Shown: positions 1-9,513, counted from the stretch's first letter. The stretch is 64,000 nt of DNA from Christensenella sp. (GCA_022784465.1 JALFUR010000004.1:354372-418371), one strand, 5' to 3'. The notes: generated by a model not told the origin, from the letters alone. Program-made: numbers and translations.

Positions 1-170
1 TCTAATTTTTCGTAATTTAAATAACCATAGAATGTTATTGAATGTGAAGTTCCAGACATTTGTTGTTCTGGAGCAATTACAAACACTCTATGCTCTTTTT
101 TTAATACATTTGCTAAAGTTATAATTCCTGGTGCATAAATGCTATCGTCATTAACTAATAATATGTTCAT
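1..170 (-). CDS. surE: 5'/3'-nucleotidase SurE, N-terminal part (gene continues past the left edge)
   Basis: Reverse translation from the ATG at 170 gives [46 protein letters not shown]. This matches the SurE N-terminal NDD...APG...SG.S.S pattern. It is absent from the ORF track because it is truncated. Confidence 0.7.
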   Translation of the reverse strand, partial: MNILLVNDDSIYAPGIITLANVLKKEHRVFVIAPEQQMSGTSHSITFYGYLNYEKL

Positions 171-205
171 ATCGACATTATAACATACAAATTTTTCTAA
201 CAAAA

Positions 206-877
206 CTAAATTAAAAACATACTACAACAAATCAACAAAATTCCAGAAAAATAAAAAAGTGTATTTACTCTTTGATCTAAAAGTTTTGGCTGTAATGAAT
301 ATACATATTTAACTAAAATATAATCTGATATCATAAATAAGCTAGATCCAATGCTAAAGGTTATAATAAAATTATTTTTTAGAATAAATGCTGCAAATAT
401 CGATAAAAATCCATGAAGTGATACAAAGAACAAATACCCTATTGATAAATTAAAATCTTCTTTTTTTACGGTTTTGCTTTTAATTAAATATTGTTTATAT
501 ATTAAGCAAAGTGCAATGGCAAGTATGATAAAAGGAAAATAATAAACAAAATTAATATGGTTATAATCAAGCAATAATAATTCAAAAATCAAGATTGAAA
601 TATTGCCTATTGTAAATAATCCTGCTCCTATATTAAACTTTACCATAAGCACGATATCGCCCAAGAAAGTAAAAGAAAGACCAACTAATAAAGCAATAAA
701 GAAACTGTATTTATAAGCTTTTGTTGCAAAAGCAATTATAGCTAAGGCTAAATACAATAAAGCTAAGATAATTTTATTCGCTGCTCTATAATAATTGCGT
801 CCTAATTTAACCATATAAATATACGATGCAAACGCTACTAAATATAGACTAATTAAAACAATAATTAATATATCCAT
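206..877 (-). CDS. Polytopic membrane protein, YhhN/lysoplasmalogenase-like
   Basis: 223 aa with about 8 hydrophobic helices. It has FLGD in a mid helix and ISDY near the C-terminus, as in the YhhN family. Assigned by pattern only. Confidence 0.4.
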   Translation of the reverse strand: MDILIIVLISLYLVAFASYIYMVKLGRNYYRAANKIILALLYLALAIIAFATKAYKYSFFIALLVGLSFTFLGDIVLMVKFNIGAGLFTIGNISILIFELLLLDYNHINFVYYFPFIILAIALCLIYKQYLIKSKTVKKEDFNLSIGYLFFVSLHGFLSIFAAFILKNNFIITFSIGSSLFMISDYILVKYVYSLQPKLLDQRVNTLFYFSGILLICCSMFLI

Positions 878-914
878 CTAATATATATTAATATTTTTTA
901 ATTTTTTTTGCAAA

Positions 915-949
915 AACAAAAAAAATCCAACCTTCTTCAGATTGGATTT
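915..949 (-). terminator. Intrinsic terminator after the decarboxylase operon
   Basis: Minus strand reads AAATCCAA-11 nt loop-TTGGATTT followed by a T run, starting 22 nt after the stop at 971. Confidence 0.7.
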
Positions 950-970
950 AATTTCTGTTAGTTTTTATGA

Positions 971-2371
971 TTATACAGGAAGAATTCCCTTTGTTGTATC
1001 TCCAAAGTCTCTATCAATTCTAATATTATTAGCTTGACGATACTTGAAATAATTCATAGAAACTTGTGGGAATAATGCATAAGATAATACATCTTCTTCT
1101 TGTTGAATGAATTCTTTGCATTCTTCTCTGTATTTTTCTAATTCAGGAGCAATTAAATCTGCTGGTCTACAAGTAATCATTTCTGGATTATCTCCTAAAA
1201 CCTTTTTAATAACATCCTTATCTGGAGCAGCTGGCAAAGTACCATATTCACCTCTTAATACGCCCTTTGTTTCAGCTGAAGCCATCTTATATCTTTCCCC
1301 TAAAACTACATTAAATACAGCTTGAGTTCCAACGATTTGGCTTGTTGGTGTTACAAGTGGTGGATATCCAAGATCTTTTCTAACATTTGGAACTTCTGCA
1401 AGAACTTCTTCATATCTATCTAAAGCATTCATTTTCTTTAATTGTCCAACCAAGTTTGACAACATTCCACCTGGTACTTGATAAATTAAAGCGTTTATAT
1501 CTGTAGCTAATGATTTATCTGTTAACCAACCATCTTGTTTTAATCTATCTGCAACCTTCTTAAAGAATACTGTACATTCATTGATCTTCTTTAAATCAAG
1601 ACCTGTATCATACTCTGTTCCTTGTAGAATTGCTACCATTGGTTCAGTTGCTGGTTGAGAAGTACCATTTCCTAATGGAGATAAAGCAGTATCAATAATA
1701 TCTACACCAGCTTCAATGGCTTTTAAGTAAGTTTGGTTACCAACACCTGCAGTTTGGTGAGTATGCAAATGAATCATTGTTTCTGGCTTTAATACAGCCT
1801 TCATAGCTTTAACTAATTCGTATGCGTTATATGGAAGTAAAATACCAGCCATATCTTTAATACAAATTATATCTGCGCCCATAGATTCAAGTTTTTGTGA
1901 AAGTTTAACGAAATATTCATTTGTATGAACTGGAGAAGTTGTATAAGAAAATGCAGCTTCGCAAATTCCACCATACTTTTTAGTTGCTTTCATTGCTGTT
2001 TCCATATTTCTAGGATCGTTTAAAGCATCGAAAATACGGATAATATCAATACCATTTTCAATTGATTTCTTTACAAATTCTTCTACTACGTCATCAGAAT
2101 AATGTTTATATCCTAGAATATTTTGACCTCTAAGCAACATTTGAAGTTTAGTATTAGGCATAGCTTTTCTTAATTTACGTAATCTATCCCATGGATCTTC
2201 ATTTAAGAAACGTAAACAAGCATCAAAAGTTGCACCGCCCCAACATTCTAATGAATAATATCCGATTTTATCTAATTTTTCTGCTATTGGAAGCATTTCA
2301 TCAATTCTCATTCTAGTAGCAGCTTGAGATTGATGTGCGTCACGTAATATTGTTTCAGTAATTTTTACCAT
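971..2371 (-). CDS. 5S-type carboxyltransferase (oxaloacetate decarboxylase alpha / pyruvate carboxyltransferase domain), no biotinyl domain
   Basis: The N-terminus ITETILRDAHQSQAATRMR...ECWGGATFDACLRFLNEDPWDRL is the HMGL-like carboxyltransferase of OadA/PycB/transcarboxylase 5S. At 466 aa it ends before any AMKM biotin site. Confidence 0.85.
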   Translation of the reverse strand: MVKITETILRDAHQSQAATRMRIDEMLPIAEKLDKIGYYSLECWGGATFDACLRFLNEDPWDRLRKLRKAMPNTKLQMLLRGQNILGYKHYSDDVVEEFVKKSIENGIDIIRIFDALNDPRNMETAMKATKKYGGICEAAFSYTTSPVHTNEYFVKLSQKLESMGADIICIKDMAGILLPYNAYELVKAMKAVLKPETMIHLHTHQTAGVGNQTYLKAIEAGVDIIDTALSPLGNGTSQPATEPMVAILQGTEYDTGLDLKKINECTVFFKKVADRLKQDGWLTDKSLATDINALIYQVPGGMLSNLVGQLKKMNALDRYEEVLAEVPNVRKDLGYPPLVTPTSQIVGTQAVFNVVLGERYKMASAETKGVLRGEYGTLPAAPDKDVIKKVLGDNPEMITCRPADLIAPELEKYREECKEFIQQEEDVLSYALFPQVSMNYFKYRQANNIRIDRDFGDTTKGILPV

Positions 2372-2397
2372 TATAGTTTACCTCGTAATTTTTTTAA

Positions 2398-3630
2398 TTA
2401 AGCGCCAAATACAGCTAGAAGAACACCGGCAGCAACTGCTGAACCGATAACACCAGCAACGTTTGGTCCCATAGCATGCATCAATAAGTAGTTTTGTGGA
2501 TTTTCCTCTTGACCTACATTATGAGCAATTCTTGCAGCCATTGGAACAGCTGAAACTCCAGCAGCACCAATAAGCGGATTTACTTTTCCCTTTGTAAATA
2601 TATACATTAATTTTCCTATTAAAACACCACCGGCTGTACCAAATGAGAATGCTACAATTCCGATAATTAGAATTAATAGAGTTTGAGTAGATAAGAATAC
2701 ATCTGCTGTTGCTTTAGTACCAACTAATACACCAAGTAAAATTGTAATAATATTAATTAATTCATTTTTTGCTGTATTAGCAAGTCTTGGAACAACACCT
2801 GATTCTTTAAATAAGTTACCAAGCATTAACATACCAAGTAATGGAAGAGCTGATGGAAGAATAATACCTACAATACCAGTAACTGCTATTGGGAAAATAA
2901 CCTTTTCTGTTTTAGAAACTGGTCTTAATTGTTCCATAACTACGCTTCTTTCCTTCTTTGTAGTTAACAATTTCATGATTGGTGGTTGAATAACTTTAAT
3001 TAATGCCATATATGAATAAGCGGCAACGGCAATAGCTGGTAACAAATGAGCAGCAAGTTTAGTTGTTACATAAATAGCTGTAGGACCATCTGCACCACCG
3101 ATAATACCGATAGCAGCAGCTTCTTCACCTGTAAAGCCAATGTTTATTGCAACTAAGAATGTAATAAAGATACCCAATTGTGCAGCAGCACCTAAAATCA
3201 AGCTCTTTGGATTAGCAATAAGTGGTCCAAAGTCTGTCATTGCACCAATTCCTAGGAAAATTAGTGGTGGATAGATAACCCATTCAACACCTTTATATAA
3301 GTAATAGAACAAACCTTCTGAGCCTGGTTGAACAACTTTTGATCCGTGTTCAAGGATAAATGCTCCGGTTTCATCAAGCAATGGAATACCATATAAAGCT
3401 TGATAAGCTCCAGGAATATTTATAATGAACATACCAAAGCCAATTGCAAGCAACAGATTAGGCTCAAATTCTTTAACAACTGCTAAGTAAATAAGAATAC
3501 CGGCAATAACAAGCATTATTAAGTTCTGCCATAGAGGAGTTAATGATGTTACAAAGCCTGTGCTTTCCCATAAACTCTTAAGCGATTCTGCTAAAGAAAA
3601 TGATGGTAATGTTGTAAAAAAGCTAAACAT
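2398..3630 (-). CDS. Na+-translocating decarboxylase beta subunit (OadB/MmdB/GcdB family)
   Basis: 410 aa polytopic membrane protein with typical family stretches such as GIIGGADGPTAIY and GAAGVSAVPMAAR. Confidence 0.9.
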   Translation of the reverse strand: MFSFFTTLPSFSLAESLKSLWESTGFVTSLTPLWQNLIMLVIAGILIYLAVVKEFEPNLLLAIGFGMFIINIPGAYQALYGIPLLDETGAFILEHGSKVVQPGSEGLFYYLYKGVEWVIYPPLIFLGIGAMTDFGPLIANPKSLILGAAAQLGIFITFLVAINIGFTGEEAAAIGIIGGADGPTAIYVTTKLAAHLLPAIAVAAYSYMALIKVIQPPIMKLLTTKKERSVVMEQLRPVSKTEKVIFPIAVTGIVGIILPSALPLLGMLMLGNLFKESGVVPRLANTAKNELINIITILLGVLVGTKATADVFLSTQTLLILIIGIVAFSFGTAGGVLIGKLMYIFTKGKVNPLIGAAGVSAVPMAARIAHNVGQEENPQNYLLMHAMGPNVAGVIGSAVAAGVLLAVFGA

Positions 3631-3642
3631 TTTAATCTCCTA

Positions 3643-4005
3643 TTAAGATAATGTTGCAAGAGTTGCGCCTGTATCTACGTTAGCGCCTTCTTGTGTACTA
3701 TATGAAATAACACCGTCGCTTGGAGCAGAAACTGGAGTATCCATCTTCATAGCTTCAAGAATGATGATTGTATCTCCCTTCTTAACTTGTGTTCCATTAG
3801 AAAAACAAAGTTTTTTAACCAAACCAGGCATTGGAGCTGGTACAGGTTTTCCGCTTCCTGATGGAGCAGCAGCTGGAGCTGGAGTTGGAGCTGCAACTTT
3901 AACTGGAGCAGCTGGAGCTGATGTTGAAACTGTTGAACCGTCAACGATTTCTTCTACTTCAACGGCATATGCTTTACCATTAACATTAACATTAAATTTA
4001 CGCAT
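3643..4005 (-). CDS. Biotin carboxyl carrier protein (decarboxylase gamma/MmdC-like)
   Basis: 120 aa with an Ala/Pro-rich linker, then a biotinyl domain carrying the LEAMKM biotinylation motif. Confidence 0.9.
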   Translation of the reverse strand: MRKFNVNVNGKAYAVEVEEIVDGSTVSTSAPAAPVKVAAPTPAPAAAPSGSGKPVPAPMPGLVKKLCFSNGTQVKKGDTIIILEAMKMDTPVSAPSDGVISYSTQEGANVDTGATLATLS

Positions 4006-4025
4006 AAAATATATTCTCCTAATTA

Positions 4026-4484
4026 TTATCTATTTATTTTTTTAATTGATCTAACTACGAATGAAACATTAGATTCGTACTTGATTTTTTGTTCAGCGTC
4101 ATAATACGCCATTAATGCAGCAGTAATAGCTGCAACGACTTCATCTTCATTCTCTGCAATCTCGTCTTTTACAGTATCTTCTATAACAATTTGTACAGGT
4201 TCTTGTTTTGCAGGCTTTTTCAATTTTAATTGAGACATTTTATTTAATAAAATCATCAAATATTTTAATAAAATAACAAATCCAATTAAAACAAGTAAAA
4301 CAACGAATACTGTAGCGATTCCTAAAAAGGCAACTTGCAGACCAATCCATATTCTTTGTCCAACACTTTGTTGAGCAATATTCAAACTGTCTGGTTCGCC
4401 ATATTTAAGTTCGCATGCGCCAAACATTGCAAAACAAAATACTATTAAAGATATTATTGCAAGTAGTTTTATTTTCTTTGACAT
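4026..4484 (-). CDS. OadG/MmdD-like small membrane subunit with an N-terminal lipobox
   Basis: Central TM segment LGIATVFVVLLVLIGFVILL and C-terminal DEVVAAITAALMAY resemble the OAD gamma family. The N-terminus MSKKIKLLAIISLIVFCFAMFGAC looks like a lipoprotein signal. Confidence 0.55.
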   Translation of the reverse strand: MSKKIKLLAIISLIVFCFAMFGACELKYGEPDSLNIAQQSVGQRIWIGLQVAFLGIATVFVVLLVLIGFVILLKYLMILLNKMSQLKLKKPAKQEPVQIVIEDTVKDEIAENEDEVVAAITAALMAYYDAEQKIKYESNVSFVVRSIKKINR

Positions 4485-4496
4485 TGTTTATACCTC

Positions 4497-5885
4497 TTAG
4501 ATTCCTAAAAGCATTAATAAAGCTGATGCAATATATGGACGAAGATTTGTTGCTTCAATAACATTATCTACGTAACCTTCTTTTGCTGCCTTTAGAGGAT
4601 TTTGAAGCATTTCAGCATATTCTGCAGATAATTTTGCAATATTTTCTTGTCTATTTTCAGCCTTTAATTGATCAGACATCATAGCAATTGATACTTCTTC
4701 TGAAATTGGAGAAATCTTTGATTTTGTAACTGCAAGAGTATAATTAAATCCAATTTCTTTGCTCATTAAAGCTGCATATCCGTAACCGATTGCATTACCA
4801 AAAGCAACACCGATTTTTGGAATAGAAGTAGATGCTATTGTTCCCATTAAAGCATAACTTAAATATGCTGCAGAACCAGAAACCTCATCTTCTAATTTTG
4901 AATCTATTCCCTTTGTATCTACAAGAGTAATTAAAGGAAGACCAAATACTTCAAGTTTATTGATAAATGAAGTAGCCTTTTGTAGTCCATCTAAAGATAA
5001 ATAATCTCCTGATGTAGCTATAACACCAACATTAATACCATTAATCTTTTCAAATGAACAAGAAACATCTTTAGCGTAATCTGCGCAGTATTCAAGTTTT
5101 GAGTTTTCATCAAAAATCATGTTTACAGCATCGATTGCTGAAGCTTTTTCAATATTTGGATTAACATCGTTTGGATCTGAATCTGTATCTTCTTCTTCGT
5201 TAGATAAGATATTGAATAATTTATCTAATTGAGCTTTTAAATCTTTATTTGAATCATAAGTAAATTGAGCTAAATCTGAAGTTGATTTATATGAGTTAAA
5301 TCCTAAAGATTTTTTGTAGTCTACAGGAAGTGTTTTAGAATCTGACAATAAATACATTGGAGAATTAACACTCATTACTGCATCTTTAGACATAAAAGTA
5401 AAGTCTGCAGAAGCAACAAATGTTGTCATCATACCAACGCAAGCTCCATTTACAATACAAATATGAGGAACTTGATCTTCTAAAATTGTGCTCATTCTAA
5501 TAAGCTTTGCGTAGCCTTCCATAATTGATGTACCATCGCCAACTCTTGCACCACAACTATCGATAATAGAAATTAAAGGAGTATCTGAAGAAACTGCTCT
5601 ATTCATACACTTAGCAATTTTATCTGCTTGAGCAGCACTTAAACTTCCCTTTAATACATCTGGATTTTGTGCAAAGATTTGAACTGATCTACCATTTATA
5701 GTTGCATAGCCAGTAACTACAGCTTCACCTAAAGCTTCAACAGAATTATCAAAATTCTTTCCAGACATGAAAACATCTGTTTCTACAAAACTGTTTTCAT
5801 CGACTAAAGAATTAATAAAAGCTTTAACTTTACTTGTAGCCTTATCCATCTTAGCAATATCTGATAAGAGATCTTTATTTTCCAT
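4497..5885 (-). CDS. Acyl-CoA carboxyltransferase (12S / MmdA / GcdA / PccB-type)
   Basis: 462 aa with a two-lobed carboxyl-transferase pattern (GYATINGRSVQIFAQNPDVLKGSL, DSCGARVGDG, NGACVGMM). It is the first gene of the operon, with a GGAGG RBS. Confidence 0.8.
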   Translation of the reverse strand: MENKDLLSDIAKMDKATSKVKAFINSLVDENSFVETDVFMSGKNFDNSVEALGEAVVTGYATINGRSVQIFAQNPDVLKGSLSAAQADKIAKCMNRAVSSDTPLISIIDSCGARVGDGTSIMEGYAKLIRMSTILEDQVPHICIVNGACVGMMTTFVASADFTFMSKDAVMSVNSPMYLLSDSKTLPVDYKKSLGFNSYKSTSDLAQFTYDSNKDLKAQLDKLFNILSNEEEDTDSDPNDVNPNIEKASAIDAVNMIFDENSKLEYCADYAKDVSCSFEKINGINVGVIATSGDYLSLDGLQKATSFINKLEVFGLPLITLVDTKGIDSKLEDEVSGSAAYLSYALMGTIASTSIPKIGVAFGNAIGYGYAALMSKEIGFNYTLAVTKSKISPISEEVSIAMMSDQLKAENRQENIAKLSAEYAEMLQNPLKAAKEGYVDNVIEATNLRPYIASALLMLLGI

Positions 5886-5963
5886 TTAAGAAAACCTCCA
5901 AAATAATTTTTAATTGTAATAAATTATTCATCATAAAAATAACAAAGAATAATAATCATAAGT

Positions 5964-5992
5964 ATTATATTTAGATAACTTATAAATATCAA
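5964..5992 (-). promoter_or_regulatory. Candidate sigma-A promoter of the decarboxylase operon
   Basis: Minus strand reads TTGATA-17 nt-TATAAT about 80 nt upstream of the ATG at 5885. Such hexamers can occur by chance in AT-rich DNA. Confidence 0.4.
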
Positions 5993-6015
5993 GCAAAAAA
6001 AACAAAATTTTTTAG

Positions 6016-6051
6016 CAAAAAAATAAAGTCCTTTTTAAATAAAAAAGACTT
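6016..6051 (-). terminator. Intrinsic terminator after rluB
   Basis: Minus strand reads AAGUCUUUUUU-AUUU-AAAAAGGACUU (one G-U pair) followed by UAUUUUUUU. Confidence 0.5.
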
Positions 6052-6079
6052 CAGAATTATTTAGAATGATTAGATAAAA

Positions 6080-6793
6080 TCAAAATTTTTTTAAATAATC
6101 AATTTCGTAATCATTTAAAACTCTATAACCGCCTCTAGACAATCCACCAAGTTTTAAATTTCCTACAGCAATTCTCTTTAAAAATTCAACTTCATATCCA
6201 ACTGCTTCAAGCATTTTTCTAATTTGTCTATTTCTTCCTTCATGAATAGTTATTTCAAGTTTAGATATTCCATCTTTATATTGAATTAATTTAACTCTAG
6301 CTCTTTTTGTTAAAACTCCATCAATTTTAACACCTTTTCTTAATTGAGCTAATTTATGTTCAGGAATTTCTCCTTCAATTTTTACTAAGTAAGTTTTTGG
6401 AACCTCATGAGAAGGATGGGTCAAGTTATATACCAAATCTCCATCGTTTGTTAATAGCAGTAATCCCTCTGTATCATAGTCTAATCGTCCAACTGGAACC
6501 AAATGAGGAATATTTAATTTTTCTAAATAATCGTATATAGTTTTTCTGCCTTTATCATCCTTAACTGTAGTAACACAGCCCTTTGGTTTATAAAACATAA
6601 TATATGAATAATTCGATATTTTCGAAAGAATTACGCCATCTACTTCCACCTTATCTTTATCAGGATCAATCATAGTAGCCAAGTTAGATATAACTACATT
6701 ATTTACTTTAACTCTACCTTCTAAAATTATTTTTTCTGATTCACGACGAGATGCGACTCCACATGATGCTAAATATTTATTAATTCTTTCCAT
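6080..6793 (-). CDS. rluB: Pseudouridine synthase, RsuA/RluB family
   Basis: N-terminal S4 domain (RINKYLASCGVASRRESEKII) followed by the catalytic GRLDYDTEGLLLLTNDG motif. Confidence 0.85.
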   Translation of the reverse strand: MERINKYLASCGVASRRESEKIILEGRVKVNNVVISNLATMIDPDKDKVEVDGVILSKISNYSYIMFYKPKGCVTTVKDDKGRKTIYDYLEKLNIPHLVPVGRLDYDTEGLLLLTNDGDLVYNLTHPSHEVPKTYLVKIEGEIPEHKLAQLRKGVKIDGVLTKRARVKLIQYKDGISKLEITIHEGRNRQIRKMLEAVGYEVEFLKRIAVGNLKLGGLSRGGYRVLNDYEIDYLKKF

Positions 6794-7952
6794 TATTCAA
6801 ATTAATAATTATGCTATTAAGCTTAACTATATCCTCTCCACTATTAATTGCTTCCATAGTATAGGTTTTTTTAGAAAATAGCAAGCGATTATTCAAGTAA
6901 ACGTCAATAAAACCAACGTGATCATTTTTCTTAAAACAGTTACTAGAATTGATTCTAAACTTATACGATACAGTATTTGATGAATTCTTTTCTACCCCAA
7001 CTAATAAATCCTCTTTTAAATATAATTTAATATTTCCATCATTAATAAAAACATCATTCTTTTTAATAAGTTCTATCAAATCATATTTTGAATATGCATA
7101 ATCTAATAAATTGATTGATGCATTCCACATATCTGGGCAGTTTAATACAACACAAATTAATTGAATTCCTCCCTTAAGAGCGCTTGAAACTAAACATCTA
7201 CCAGCAACCTTTGTATATCCTGTCTTTATACCATTGGCATCTTCAAACTTGGATAAAAACTTATTTTTATTAATAAAAATATCTTCAGTAGAATCCATTA
7301 TATGAACTTTCGTAGAAACAATTTCCCTAAAAATCTTGTTTTTCATAGCATAGGAAGATATAACTGCTAAATCATAAGCTGTTGTATAGTGGTTTTCGTC
7401 ATGTAACCCATGCGGATTTACAAAGTTAGTATTTTCAAGACCAAGTTCTTTTGCTTTTTTATTCATAAGCTGAGCAAAAGATTCTATAGAACCAGAAATC
7501 TCATACGCTAGAGCTTCAGCCGCATCATTACCACTTCTAAGCATTAAACCATAAACTAAATCTAAAATTTTATATTCCTTATCCCCATTCAAATAAATTG
7601 AAGATCCCTCAACTCCAATTGCATTTTTATTAATTTTTATACATTTATTCAAATCTAAATTTTCTATTGCTAAAATGGCAGTCATAATTTTCGTTGTAGA
7701 CGCCATTGGTAACTTTTTATGAATATTCTCGCCACAAAGTACAGAACAATTTGACCCATCAATAACAACATAACTTGCAGCATTTACAGTTAAATTCTCT
7801 CCAAAAACCTTATTATTTAGGTTTTTATTAAATAGAATATAATCGGCTAAAAATAATGTTACTATTATGAAAATTGAAACAATTAAGAATAATTTTAGAA
7901 ATATTATTTCTTTTTTAACACATTTATGCCCGATTTGATTAAATCTATCCAT
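6780..7952 (-). CDS. dacB: D-alanyl-D-alanine carboxypeptidase (S11, DacB-like)
   Basis: N-terminal TM, the ASTTK (SxxK) active site, SGN and KTG motifs. The position after scpAB-ytfIJ is as in other Firmicutes. Confidence 0.8.
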   Translation of the reverse strand: MDRFNQIGHKCVKKEIIFLKLFLIVSIFIIVTLFLADYILFNKNLNNKVFGENLTVNAASYVVIDGSNCSVLCGENIHKKLPMASTTKIMTAILAIENLDLNKCIKINKNAIGVEGSSIYLNGDKEYKILDLVYGLMLRSGNDAAEALAYEISGSIESFAQLMNKKAKELGLENTNFVNPHGLHDENHYTTAYDLAVISSYAMKNKIFREIVSTKVHIMDSTEDIFINKNKFLSKFEDANGIKTGYTKVAGRCLVSSALKGGIQLICVVLNCPDMWNASINLLDYAYSKYDLIELIKKNDVFINDGNIKLYLKEDLLVGVEKNSSNTVSYKFRINSSNCFKKNDHVGFIDVYLNNRLLFSKKTYTMEAINSGEDIVKLNSIIINLNNGKN

Positions 7953-8206
7953 TTGCTGATTCCCTCGTTATTGTTTAATTTAATTTCTTTTATTTCTTCA
8001 TCATTTACCAATAGATAAGACACTGGATCAATACTTATTACACTTACACCAGGTGTAGTATAATCTTGAAAATTTTCTTGATCTAAAATATTCTGTCCTA
8101 AATTTGCTATTGTAATTTTATGCAAAGGAATTAATAAATTTCCGTTTTTTAAAATTACTTCATTTTCTATTTTGTTTATTAATTCTTTAATTGATTCGCT
8201 TTCCAT
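7904..8206 (-). CDS. GerW/YtfJ-like small protein
   Basis: 100 aa. The pattern LLIPLHKITIANLG...GVSVISIDPVSYLLVN resembles the YtfJ/GerW core, but the Gly-rich loop is replaced. Synteny with scpB and dacB supports the call. Confidence 0.45.
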   Translation of the reverse strand: MESESIKELINKIENEVILKNGNLLIPLHKITIANLGQNILDQENFQDYTTPGVSVISIDPVSYLLVNDEEIKEIKLNNNEGISKWIDLIKSGINVLKKK

Positions 8207-8667
8207 AATCTCCTTAGATTTATAAATATCATTTTAAAAATTTCTAAATGAATCACAATTTTCATATTGATTTTCATTTCCCTTTCCTCTATTGGTCCTG
8301 AGCATATCTTTAAATTGTTCAAAATTATATTTTCGTTTGAAACTCTTATTATTCCAATTAAATAATCTATAGCTTTTAGTATTATCAAACTTTCTATAGA
8401 TTTTTCTACAGAGTATGCAATATTTATTTTTGCATTATTTATTTCAATATACGGTTTATATGCAGTATCTATTTTTATTTTCTCTAGCTTTTTAATTTCT
8501 TTTTTATTTATTTGATAATATATTTCGTTGTCATATATAAAAATTACTAATTTTAGCACTAATAAGGCCGACAAAATGTATAGATCTACAACCATTTTTT
8601 GTTGTTTTAAATCTACAAATCCTTTTATTTTAAATCCTATTAATGATAAAAAAAATATGCTCACCAT
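8179..8667 (-). CDS. Hypothetical membrane-anchored protein, possibly YtfI/DUF2953-like
   Basis: 162 aa with an N-terminal hydrophobic segment. It sits where ytfI lies (between scpB and ytfJ). There is no motif I can verify. Confidence 0.3.
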   Translation of the reverse strand: MVSIFFLSLIGFKIKGFVDLKQQKMVVDLYILSALLVLKLVIFIYDNEIYYQINKKEIKKLEKIKIDTAYKPYIEINNAKINIAYSVEKSIESLIILKAIDYLIGIIRVSNENIILNNLKICSGPIEEREMKINMKIVIHLEIFKMIFINLRRLWKANQLKN

Positions 8668-8708
8668 ACTAAATGTATAATGAGCATAATAATATAAATT
8701 ATTCGCTT

Positions 8709-9503
8709 TTATGTTGGCAATTCGTCGCTTTCTTCTTCGATTTCTTCTACAATTTCCGTTTTACTATCTTCATCGCTAATCGTTTCACCAAAATCATCAC
8801 CACTGTATTCTGTATATTCTGTATCTTTCAAGAATTCTGGAGTATCATCGTAATCTTTTAAATAATCCTCAAACTCTTGCGCTTGTTGAATAGCAAAATC
8901 TGACATCTCATCTTCGTCATCATCAACTTTACCATCTTCTCTATATAATTCTCCCTGAACCTTATTAAAGCCCAAAGTGTACATTTTTTGCTTAACTTCA
9001 TCTTGAGATGGCAAATCTGATAAATCTTTTAAATCAAACTTCTTTAAGAAATTATCTGTCGTTACATATAAAATTGGTCTTCCTGGAGCTTGCTTTATTC
9101 CACCAACATCAATTAAGCCTGCTTTTGTAAGCATTGCTAGCGCATAATCGGCGGCAACATCTCCTCTATATTGCTCAATCTCAGCCCTTGTTATTGGTTG
9201 GAAATATGCAATAATAGAAAGAACTTCCATTAAACTTTTAGACAATTCCTTTTCTTTTACAGGTTGCAACACTTCAGATACAACCGTTCCATATTTGTCA
9301 TTTGAACAAAATTGAAACTTATCTCCAAATTGCTGTAATAATATTCCTGAATCTCCGCTATATTTCACTGCAATTTTACTAAGAGCATCATTTAGATTCT
9401 TCTTGCTTATATCCTCAGGCATTTTTGCAAACAACTCTTGTCTGCTCAATGGCATACCGGCTGCAAACAATATAGCTTCTAACATGTTTACTAAATTTAA
9501 CAT
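8709..9503 (-). CDS. scpB: Segregation and condensation protein B with a long acidic C-terminal tail
   Basis: LEAILFAAGMPLSRQEL... plus a second winged helix (ITRAEIEQYRG...PGRPILY) are typical of ScpB. About 80 extra D/E-rich residues follow. Confidence 0.85.
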   Translation of the reverse strand: MLNLVNMLEAILFAAGMPLSRQELFAKMPEDISKKNLNDALSKIAVKYSGDSGILLQQFGDKFQFCSNDKYGTVVSEVLQPVKEKELSKSLMEVLSIIAYFQPITRAEIEQYRGDVAADYALAMLTKAGLIDVGGIKQAPGRPILYVTTDNFLKKFDLKDLSDLPSQDEVKQKMYTLGFNKVQGELYREDGKVDDDEDEMSDFAIQQAQEFEDYLKDYDDTPEFLKDTEYTEYSGDDFGETISDEDSKTEIVEEIEEESDELPT

Positions 9504-9513
9504 CTATTCCTCT

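Noticed and set aside
3747-4045. Overlapping ORFs (65 aa on the minus strand, 94 aa on the plus strand) within the BCCP gene.
   Set aside because: They arise from the GC-rich Ala/Pro linker codons (GCTGGAGCTGGAG...) of the biotin carrier. They have no independent signals, whereas the BCCP frame has the EAMKM motif.
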